This document shows, one piece after another, positions 1 to 7,825 of a stretch of 64,000 nucleotides of DNA; position 1 is the stretch's first letter, and each line of letters begins with the position of its first letter. The DNA lies in the NCBI GenBank assembly GCA_041483195.1, contig JBGPFC010000013.1, positions 1 to 64,000 of the forward strand, written 5' to 3'. The notes under the pieces were generated by a model. It did no database searches and had not been told where the DNA came from. It saw only the letters and a program-made list of their open reading frames with translations. Made by a program: the position numbers and the translations under genes. The stretch comes from Candidatus Eiseniibacteriota bacterium (GTDB taxonomy: Bacteria; Eisenbacteria; RBG-16-71-46).

Positions 1-1253
1 GCCTCGAGCGCACTCAGGACGCGCGCCACTTGACGGTCGATCTCGGCGAGCGTGACTCGGAGTTCCTCGGATTCCGGGCCGTACTTGTGGCCCACGAAAT
101 CCGCGCACTTGTAGTTCAGCAGAATGAGGTCGGCGACGCTGTCTTCGCCCAAAGGCTCGTGCTCGATCATGGCGATCGTCGCGTTGGATTCGAACACCGG
201 AAACAGCGCCGAATAGCGCACGGCGGTGGTCGAGTCGATCCTATGACCCATCCACTCGGGGCTGGCCTTCCAGAGCGTGCTCGCATTTTCATCCTTCAGG
301 TAGACGGGCAGCCGGAAACAGGCGGGATTCGAGTGCCAGGCGCCCGACTGCTGATCGTAGCTTGCGAGCACTACCGGCGCTCCATCTTGGAGGCAGGCGC
401 CATGCCCCGCGAGCGGCGTCGCCGCTCGGTCGATGCTTCCCTGCGCCAGGATGACCGCGCGCCCGGCGGTCGCACGCTGCCATACGTCTGCCAGCGTCAA
501 TGCCAGCAGATCTTGGGGTGCGCATCCGGCAAACATGTCGTGGCGGCGGCGGCCCTCCCAATCGTACGTGCTGACGCCGGTGATTCCGTGCACACCGGGA
601 TCGGTCCCCGTCGCGATCGTCGAGTGCCCGACGGCCGTGTTACTGGGGAGGACGTTGACCTGCGCCTGAGTAAACCACGCGCCGCGCCGGCGCAGGGCGG
701 TCAGGGTTGGCATTGACGCGGCGTGGCGGTCGAAATAGTCGCGACGCATGCCATCCAGAACCAGCAGCATGATCGCCCGCGGTCGACCGAAGCCCTCCCG
801 CAAGACCGGCAGGACATGCCCGGTCGCGGTCGGCGGCATCATCACACCCAGGGCGGAGGCGAGCGTCGGCGCGATGTCTTGTTGTACCGCCGCCATCGAA
901 TACCGCCCCGCCTTCACTGCGGGGCCCGTGAACATCAAGGGAATGTCTACGTCGTAGGGCCAGGGCGAGCCGTGCATTTGAGTCCAGTACGGGTCGGGAC
1001 GCGTGATGAAGTCGCCCTTGCGCGGCACCACGAGGAGCTGGCCGGTCCGCCCGGGGAAGTAAGCACGAGCGAACATTTCGAGGAATCGCTGTCGCGTCGC
1101 ACGGGCTGCGTTTTCGGCCGGCGCCCCGGGACGGACTCGGGCCGCGTCGCTGCCGGTCGTCCCTGTGGTCTGCTGTGCCGAAGCGGCTCGAGGCGTTGCA
1201 ACCAGGGCATACACCAGGGCGGCCGCCATAGCGGTCGATCGTGAGGCGGTCAT
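1..1253 (-). CDS. Alkaline phosphatase superfamily protein (PafA-like), apparently circularly permuted; 3' end runs off the window
   Basis: Manual translation from ATG at 1253 (alternative 1229), open to base 1. It has a signal-like N-terminus, then HGSPWPYDVDIPLMF and DIAPTLA, then LLVLDGMRRDY, PSNTAVGHSTIATG (Thr nucleophile) and DFVGHKYGPES. It is absent from the ORF track because there is no stop in the window. Confidence 0.85.
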   Translation of the reverse strand, partial: MTASRSTAMAAALVYALVATPRAASAQQTTGTTGSDAARVRPGAPAENAARATRQRFLEMFARAYFPGRTGQLLVVPRKGDFITRPDPYWTQMHGSPWPYDVDIPLMFTGPAVKAGRYSMAAVQQDIAPTLASALGVMMPPTATGHVLPVLREGFGRPRAIMLLVLDGMRRDYFDRHAASMPTLTALRRRGAWFTQAQVNVLPSNTAVGHSTIATGTDPGVHGITGVSTYDWEGRRRHDMFAGCAPQDLLALTLADVWQRATAGRAVILAQGSIDRAATPLAGHGACLQDGAPVVLASYDQQSGAWHSNPACFRLPVYLKDENASTLWKASPEWMGHRIDSTTAVRYSALFPVFESNATIAMIEHEPLGEDSVADLILLNYKCADFVGHKYGPESEELRVTLAEIDRQVARVLSALE

Positions 1254-1420
1254 GCGGCGAGTATCTTCCTGCCCCCGTCGCATGGCAATTGCCGAGTGTG
1301 GGGCAGCCCTGATTCGCAGGGCACGGGCCGTGTTCTGAAGTCTGCTCCACGGGAGGTTTGTTTCGTCCCTCCGCGCACCGCCGCGGTCGCCTCACGTTTC
1401 CCGCGGATGCGGCGCGCCGA

Positions 1421-2776
1421 TCACTTCACACGCAACCCGTTCTTCATCACGAACCGGACCGACTCGAGCGCGCCGATCTCTCGCGTCGGGTCGCCGGCCA
1501 CCGCGACCAGGTCGGCGAGATACCCGGGGGCGATCCGGCCCAGGCGGTCGTCGAGGCGAAAGACCTTCGCATTCACGGTGGTCGCCGAGCGCAGCGCCGC
1601 CAGCGGCGTCATGCCGTACTCCACCATGTCCGAGAGCTCGCGCGCGTTCTCGCCGTGTGGGAAGACCCCGACGTCACCGCCGAAGCAGATCGTCACTCCC
1701 GCGGCGAGCGCGGCCCGGAAACTGGCCCGCTTGCGCTCGAGGGCGGGCGGCAGTGGTTTGCCATCGGCCCAGCCCTCGAAATAAGTCGCGACGGCCTTGG
1801 ACGCCGCAAGCGTCGGGCACAGGGCAACTCCGCGCTCCCGCATGAGCCGGAAGACTTCCGGGGTTCCATCGTTGCCGTGCTCGATGGTCTCCACCCCCGC
1901 GAGCGCGGCGCGACGCATCCCCTCCGCGCTGGTCGCGTGTGCAGCGACCGGCCGGCCGCTGTCGTGAGCGGTCGCGACCAGCGCCCGCAGCTCCTCGAGT
2001 GTGAAGGTCGGGCGCGCCTCTCCGCCCGGGCCCCAGCGATAGTCGGCGTACACCTTGACCCAGTCCGCGCCGTGCCCGATCTGGCTGCGAACCACGCGGG
2101 TGACTTCCTCCACGCCGCTCGCCTCCTCGGCGCCCTGCGGAGGATCGAACGCATAGGCCGAACGTCGCGGGCCGTAGCTTCCCGTCGCGACGATCGCGCG
2201 CGTGACCGCGAGGATTCTGGGCCCGGAGACGATCCCCTGGTCGATCGCGCGCCGGAGCTGGACGTCGCCGTCGAACGCGCCCTCGGTGCCGAGATCGCGC
2301 GTGGTGGTGATCCCGGCTTCGAGCGTCGTCCGGGCGTGGGCCACCGCCTCGACCATTCGGTATCCCAACGGCTCCCGCAGCACCTGGTCGTCCCACAGGG
2401 TCTCGTTATAGGGATGGAGGAAGAGGTGCGAGTGACCTTCGATGAGCCCCGGAATCAGGGTGGTGCCGGGCAGCTCGATGCGCTCAGCATCGGCGGGGAC
2501 GGTGACGCGTCCCGCGGGTCCGACCGCGTCGATGCGGGACCCGCGAACGACGACGATCCACCCTGCCTGCGGCGCGTCAACGACTCCGTCCCACACCGCA
2601 TCCGGCACGATCACCGTCGCGCGAGCACCGGCGTCGGCGGCGAGCAGCCGCGTCGCCGTCAAGCCAAGCGATGCGACGAGCAGCGCGACACGGCACGACG
2701 AGCGGGCGCGGCCTTCGCCGGCGTTCGGAGCCGAGTGAGTTCCCATCACGGCGGCGGAGCTTAGCACTTCCCGCAC
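1421..2776 (-). CDS. Secreted metal-dependent amidohydrolase (Xaa-Pro dipeptidase-like)
   Basis: [10 protein letters not shown] (HxH), [43 protein letters not shown]; signal-like segment; start uncertain. Confidence 0.88.
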   Translation of the reverse strand: MREVLSSAAVMGTHSAPNAGEGRARSSCRVALLVASLGLTATRLLAADAGARATVIVPDAVWDGVVDAPQAGWIVVVRGSRIDAVGPAGRVTVPADAERIELPGTTLIPGLIEGHSHLFLHPYNETLWDDQVLREPLGYRMVEAVAHARTTLEAGITTTRDLGTEGAFDGDVQLRRAIDQGIVSGPRILAVTRAIVATGSYGPRRSAYAFDPPQGAEEASGVEEVTRVVRSQIGHGADWVKVYADYRWGPGGEARPTFTLEELRALVATAHDSGRPVAAHATSAEGMRRAALAGVETIEHGNDGTPEVFRLMRERGVALCPTLAASKAVATYFEGWADGKPLPPALERKRASFRAALAAGVTICFGGDVGVFPHGENARELSDMVEYGMTPLAALRSATTVNAKVFRLDDRLGRIAPGYLADLVAVAGDPTREIGALESVRFVMKNGLRVK

Positions 2777-2801
2777 GCGCCCCGCGTGCTAACGTCGCGT
2801 C

Positions 2802-4982
2802 ATGACTCCGCTCGCGTTCCTCCTGGCGCTGACGGTCGCGGCGCCTGCGCCGCGGCACGACCGCCGTGTCGACATCGCGCGCTGGGAGCGGCAGGCCCGC
2901 GACGTCACCATCATCCGTGACGACTGGGGCATCGCTCACGTGTACGGCCGGACCGACGCCGACGCGGTCTTCGGGGCGGAGTACGCGCAGGCGGAGGACG
3001 ACTTCAACCGGATCGAGACCAATTATCTCTCCGCCCTGGGCCGCCTGAGCGAGGCCGAAGGAGAGCGGGCCTTGTACCAGGACCTGCGCAGGAGGCTGTT
3101 CGTCGACCCCGATTCGCTGAGCGCCCTCTATGGCTCGAGCCCGGAGTGGCTCCAGCGGCTGATGAACGCATTCGCGGACGGTTTGAACTTCTACCTCTAC
3201 CGGCACCCCGAGGTGACGCCGCGGGTCATCCGGCGATTCGAGCCGTGGATGGCCCTCAGCTTCACAGAGGGCAGCATCGGCGGCGACGTCGAACGCATCG
3301 ACCTCGCCAGACTGGCTTCGTTCTACGGTGGCGCCGACTCGACGCCGGCGCGGCCGCGCGGCGACGGCGAGGACCCGCTTCGCGAGCCCGACGGCTCGAA
3401 CGGCATCGCGATCGCCCCGGCGATCACGCGCGATCACCACGCGCTGTTGTGGATCAACCCGCACACGTCATTCTACTTTCGCTCCGAGCTGCAGATGGCG
3501 AGCGACGAGGGACTCGACGCCTACGGAGCCGTGACCTGGGGCCAGTTCTTCGTCTACCAGGGCTTCAACCGCACCGCGGGCTGGATGCACACCTCGAGCG
3601 GCGTGGACAACATCGACGAGTTCGCCGAGCTCGTGACGAGACGGGGCGACCGGTACGTCTATCGCTACGGGGACCGCGAGCTCCCGCTGACCGTTCGCAC
3701 CATCGCGGTGCCCTTCAAGACCGCGGGCGGGACGGCGACCAGGACCTTCACGACCTACTTCACGCCGCACGGCCCCATCGTCCGAAAGTCGGGCGATCGA
3801 TGGGTGAGCGTGAGCCTCATGCGGAAACCGGTGGAGGCGCTCATCCAGTCGTTCTCCCGGACCAGGGCCGCCGACTACGCCGCGTTCCGCCGGGTGATGG
3901 AGCTGCACTCGAACTCCTCGAACAACACGATCTTCGCCGACGCGCGAGGGAACATCGCGTACTTCCATTCCAACTACATTCCACGGCGGGACGATCGCTT
4001 CGATTGGACGATCCCGGTGGATGGCAGCGATACCGCCACCGCCTATCGCGGCCTCCTGGCCGTGGACGAGACTCCGAACCTCCTGAACCCCTCCTCCGGC
4101 TGGCTCTACAACTCGAACAACTGGCCCTGGTCGGCGGCCGGCCCCGCGAGCCCGCATCGCGATGCATTCCCGCGCTACGTCGAGACCGGCCTCGAGGAGT
4201 CGCCGCGAGGCTCACACGCGCTTCGCGTGCTGACGCGCGCCGGGGATTGGACCATGAGCAGCCTCGCGGCGGCGGCATTCGACAACTACCTGCCCGCGTT
4301 CGAGCGCCTGATTCCTGCCCTGCTGCGCGCGTACGACGAGTCGGCGACGACGGACACGCTCAGGCGAAGACTCGCCCTGCCGATCGAGGTCCTGCGCGAC
4401 TGGGACGACCGTTGGGGCACCACCTCGGTCGCGACTTCGCTCGCCGTGTTCTGGGGATCGTTCGCCGTGCGCGCGGTGAGCGACAGCGCACGGGCCTCTG
4501 GCCTCTCGGCCCAGACCTACATCGTGCAGCGGGCGAGTGCTGGCGAGCTGCTCGTCGCGCTGGCGGCGGCCGTGGACAGCCTCACGAAAGGCTTCGGAGC
4601 CTGGGAGACACCGTGGGGCGAGATCAACCGGTTCCAGCGATTCAACGACGAAATCGTGCCCCGCTTCGACGACGCGCAGCCCAGCATGCCCGTCGGCTTC
4701 ACATCGGGCATCTGGGGCTCGTTGGCATCGTTCGCTGCGAAGCCCTACCCCAACACCCGGAAGTGGTACGGCTCGAGCGGCAACAGCTTCGTGGCCGTGG
4801 TCGAGTTCGCCGACAGCGTGCGGGCGAAGGCCATTACGGCGGGCGGCGAGAGTGGAAATCCCGGCTCTCCCCACTTCCGAGACCAGGCCGAGCGGTATGC
4901 CGCCGGCAGCATGCGGGACGTTTACTTCTACCGCTCGCAGCTCCGCGGCCATACCGAGCGGTCGTATCATCCCGGGAACTGA
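2802..4982 (+). CDS. Penicillin acylase family Ntn-hydrolase (glutaryl-7-ACA/AHL acylase-like)
   Basis: Signal peptide, IIRDDWGIAHVYG, YAQAED, GSNGIAIAP (Ser nucleophile), INPH, GWMHTS, GGESG..SPHF.DQ. Confidence 0.92.
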   Translation: MTPLAFLLALTVAAPAPRHDRRVDIARWERQARDVTIIRDDWGIAHVYGRTDADAVFGAEYAQAEDDFNRIETNYLSALGRLSEAEGERALYQDLRRRLFVDPDSLSALYGSSPEWLQRLMNAFADGLNFYLYRHPEVTPRVIRRFEPWMALSFTEGSIGGDVERIDLARLASFYGGADSTPARPRGDGEDPLREPDGSNGIAIAPAITRDHHALLWINPHTSFYFRSELQMASDEGLDAYGAVTWGQFFVYQGFNRTAGWMHTSSGVDNIDEFAELVTRRGDRYVYRYGDRELPLTVRTIAVPFKTAGGTATRTFTTYFTPHGPIVRKSGDRWVSVSLMRKPVEALIQSFSRTRAADYAAFRRVMELHSNSSNNTIFADARGNIAYFHSNYIPRRDDRFDWTIPVDGSDTATAYRGLLAVDETPNLLNPSSGWLYNSNNWPWSAAGPASPHRDAFPRYVETGLEESPRGSHALRVLTRAGDWTMSSLAAAAFDNYLPAFERLIPALLRAYDESATTDTLRRRLALPIEVLRDWDDRWGTTSVATSLAVFWGSFAVRAVSDSARASGLSAQTYIVQRASAGELLVALAAAVDSLTKGFGAWETPWGEINRFQRFNDEIVPRFDDAQPSMPVGFTSGIWGSLASFAAKPYPNTRKWYGSSGNSFVAVVEFADSVRAKAITAGGESGNPGSPHFRDQAERYAAGSMRDVYFYRSQLRGHTERSYHPGN

Positions 4983-5017
4983 TCGGTGCACCGTGCCGGT
5001 CCGGCGAGAGCATGGAA

Positions 5018-5047
5018 GCGGCCGCCTGAGCGAACTCAGGCGGCCGC
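5018..5047. terminator. Perfect 13-bp GC hairpin between convergent genes
   Basis: GCGGCCGCCTGAG-cgaa-CTCAGGCGGCCGC; the loop reads UUCG on the minus strand; only a weak U-tract. Confidence 0.65.
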
Positions 5048-5062
5048 CATTCCTGCTGCTTC

Positions 5063-6481
5063 CTAGCGGATGAAGGACACGCGCGACTGGACCTGCTGGT
5101 CTCCGATTCGACCGCGGATGAAGTAGAGCCCACTCCTCACCGGGGCTCCGTCCGAAGCACTGCCGTCCCAGCGCACGACGTACTGCCCGGGGGCGTACGG
5201 GCCGCGCGCGAGCTCGCGGATCAACCGACCACTCACGTCGTAGACGCCGATCGAGACCGCGGCCGAAACGGTGGTGGAGACCGAGAAGGCCAGGGAGGTC
5301 TGCGTGCTGAACGGGTTGGGCTCCAATGCGCCGAACGCCAGCGGCCCGTCGCCTTCGTCAACGAGCTCGGCGGCGAGCGGCTCGAGTTCGTCCTCGGCCA
5401 CGGCCATCCCGGCCTCCACCGCCATGCGCGCGTCGTCATGGAGGTTCGGCTGGCAGGTCGTGCCGATGCCCAGACCGTGGTTGATGTGCCAGCCGGTCCG
5501 GATCAGCCGGCGATACGATTCCTTCGCCGACCGGTTCCGCTCAGAAGTGCCTTCGAGGCGCGCCAGCTCTACGTCGGCGAACGCGAGCCACGAGGCGATG
5601 GTGCCACCGCCGAGACCGGCGTCCATCGGACTCGCCGGATCGAGAGCCACCGGCGGCCCGATCCGCGGGGTCACGCCGAGCTGTCCGGCGCAGACGTTGG
5701 CCCACGCCGCCGCGAACTGGCGCCGTGCGCGCATCCGGAGCGTGCGCCGCTCGTGCTGCATGGTGCGGATGAAGCCAGCCGCGTCGTCGCTCCAGGACAG
5801 CGCGTCCGAGTGATCGTCCACGCAGCCGGCGACGGTCGCGATCTGCGAGCGATCGAGGCGCCCGTGCCAGCGGTCCCACTCCGAACCCTGCTGCGACCAC
5901 CACCAAGCCGGGCGCGGGCAGTTGTTCACGGTCGCCGGCGCACAGTTCGTGACGGTGAGCGATCGCGCCGTGCTGTCTCCCCAGCAGCCCGCGGGAAGCG
6001 GACGGACACGCAAGAAGTAGTCACCGGCATCGGCAACCGTCACGCACGCGGTCGTGGCAGCGAAGCCGTTCGGCCCATTCCACGCGTAGTCGAAGCTCCC
6101 GGTCGGGCCGCACCAGTTGACCGGGGTGCCGCTGCACGTCGACGCCGAACCCGTGATGGCCGGAGCATCGACGCGGCCCGACTGCACGGTCAGGCTGCAG
6201 GGTTGCGTCCAGACGCGCGTGACGAGATCGCGCATCTTCAGCGTGTAGAGGCCCGGGTCGAACACGTCGATGCAGTCCGTCATGTACAGAGTTCCGTCCG
6301 GCCCCTGCCAGAGATACGACACGTTATCCAGCGCCGGGCCGCAGAGCTCAATCATCTCGCCCGGGCACACCTGCGTCGGCCCTGTGATCGTGCACTGGGC
6401 GCGTGAGATCGGGGCCCCGACGATCGGGGCTGTTGCGAGCATCGTCGCGCAGACTACGAGAAGACGAGATGAGATACGCAT
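5063..6481 (-). CDS. Secreted Cys-rich Ig-like repeat protein with a C-terminal FlgD-Ig/T9SS-A-like domain
   Basis: Start reassigned to MRISSRLLVV (signal peptide). Two ITG...C.G...CGP...Y.W.GP.G repeats; C-terminal PNPF...YDVSGRLIREL...WDG...SGLYF. Confidence 0.82.
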   Translation of the reverse strand: MRISSRLLVVCATMLATAPIVGAPISRAQCTITGPTQVCPGEMIELCGPALDNVSYLWQGPDGTLYMTDCIDVFDPGLYTLKMRDLVTRVWTQPCSLTVQSGRVDAPAITGSASTCSGTPVNWCGPTGSFDYAWNGPNGFAATTACVTVADAGDYFLRVRPLPAGCWGDSTARSLTVTNCAPATVNNCPRPAWWWSQQGSEWDRWHGRLDRSQIATVAGCVDDHSDALSWSDDAAGFIRTMQHERRTLRMRARRQFAAAWANVCAGQLGVTPRIGPPVALDPASPMDAGLGGGTIASWLAFADVELARLEGTSERNRSAKESYRRLIRTGWHINHGLGIGTTCQPNLHDDARMAVEAGMAVAEDELEPLAAELVDEGDGPLAFGALEPNPFSTQTSLAFSVSTTVSAAVSIGVYDVSGRLIRELARGPYAPGQYVVRWDGSASDGAPVRSGLYFIRGRIGDQQVQSRVSFIR

Positions 6482-6769
6482 GCGCACACTCCCCAAGCTG
6501 TGGCCGGACACACCGGCCTCACTCACGAGAGAGTGGAAGAATGGTGCCAGAGCGCCCGGGTCGAGAGTTCGGCCCGGCCCGGCGTGGCATTGTGCAATCC
6601 GAAGTGCGCGAATCGGGGAAAGAGACCCGGGCCGGCGAAGCGCTCGGCGCGCGGCGGCGCGTGCTGCACGCCACCGTCGCCCGAAACCGTGCGGAAGGCG
6701 CGCATACGCCCGGGCGCTGGCGCGGAGGCGCTTGCATCCACGGTGAGCGTTCCGTGCTGGTTTGCATGC

Positions 6770-6801
6770 CCTGCAATTGCATCGCAACGCGCGATTGCAG
6801 G
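6770..6801 (-). terminator. Imperfect hairpin just downstream of the 6813 stop
   Basis: CCTGCAATTGC-N10-GCGATTGCAGG; no U-tract. Confidence 0.35.
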
Positions 6802-6812
6802 AGATGGTTCAC

Positions 6813-7691
6813 TCAGCGATAGATCGCCTTCATCTCGCCCCAGGTCTTCGAGCGCGTCTTGGTGGGCCCGCACGGGATCGGCGTGCAGGTGGTGCCGGAT
6901 CCCGCCGGCGTGCCGCCGAGCAGCGTGCACTCGCCGGGGAACTGCATGGAGCAGCTGTTGTCCAACAGACAGCACGCCTGCTCGGTGGGAAGCGAGAGCT
7001 CCACGCTCACGTCGTCGATGTAGTAGTACGCGCCGCCGGGCCACGGGCCCGGGCCCGGAACCGTCGACGTGCTCGCGTCGTCGCGAAAGCTGCCGATCAC
7101 GATGTGGTCCTCGCCACCGCTCGCCACCACGAGCCCACTCACCAGCGTCCATCCCGTCGAATTGGTCAGGTACACGTTGGCGGGACTCTCCACCTGCGGC
7201 GTGACCGCGAGCGCCGCGTAATTGGGCACCGGGCCCACCGGGCCCACCGAAAGGTAGGCGCCCAATCGGTCGATCGCGAGAATCGAGCTGTCGGCGAGCG
7301 ACACGTAGAACTTCACCAGGTACGTCGCGCTCGCCACCAGCGGCGATGTGAGCGGCGCCTGGACGTACTCGCGGTAGTCGGGCGCCGCCGAAAGCGGGAT
7401 GAGCCCGGCATAGCCCACACCGGTGTGCGCGGTCTGGTAGCCCTGTTCGTTCTGCGGAACGTTGACCGATGGGAACGACACCGGAGCGCAGGCGTTCAGG
7501 TAGTCGGACGTGCCCGTGTTCGGCGTATCCCAGGGAACGGCCTGGTAGATCTGCGTGAAGCTGGTCGGGCAGCTCACGTATGTCTCGAAGCTGGGATTGG
7601 GAACGAGGTTCACAGCTTGCGAGGCGCGTGGGGCCGTCAACACGGCGCAAATGACGCCGAGTGCCGCGATGCTCTTGAGGCGGGGATCCAT
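6813..7691 (-). CDS. Secreted protein with an NLVPNPSFE beta-sandwich domain, a Cys-rich module and a C-terminal TWGxxKxxYR tail
   Basis: Start MDPRLKS with a signal peptide (ASQA|V). Motifs NLVPNPSFE, GTSDY, REYVQAPL, YYYIDDVSV; ends PTKTRSKTWGEMKAIYR. Confidence 0.85.
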   Translation of the reverse strand: MDPRLKSIAALGVICAVLTAPRASQAVNLVPNPSFETYVSCPTSFTQIYQAVPWDTPNTGTSDYLNACAPVSFPSVNVPQNEQGYQTAHTGVGYAGLIPLSAAPDYREYVQAPLTSPLVASATYLVKFYVSLADSSILAIDRLGAYLSVGPVGPVPNYAALAVTPQVESPANVYLTNSTGWTLVSGLVVASGGEDHIVIGSFRDDASTSTVPGPGPWPGGAYYYIDDVSVELSLPTEQACCLLDNSCSMQFPGECTLLGGTPAGSGTTCTPIPCGPTKTRSKTWGEMKAIYR

Positions 7692-7825
7692 GGGGCTGCT
7701 CCTGTCGGAGGTGGAATCAAGGTTGCGAGGCGGCTTCACCGCGAGGGTTCGCGGCATTCCCGGATTCTAACCTCGAACCGCCCCCGAACGTCACCTCGAA
7801 TCGCCCGGCGTCGCGCGAGCCCGCT

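Noticed and set aside
30..1244. Plus-strand ORFs 30-716 and 723-1244
   Set aside because: Shadows of the minus-strand alkaline phosphatase family gene.
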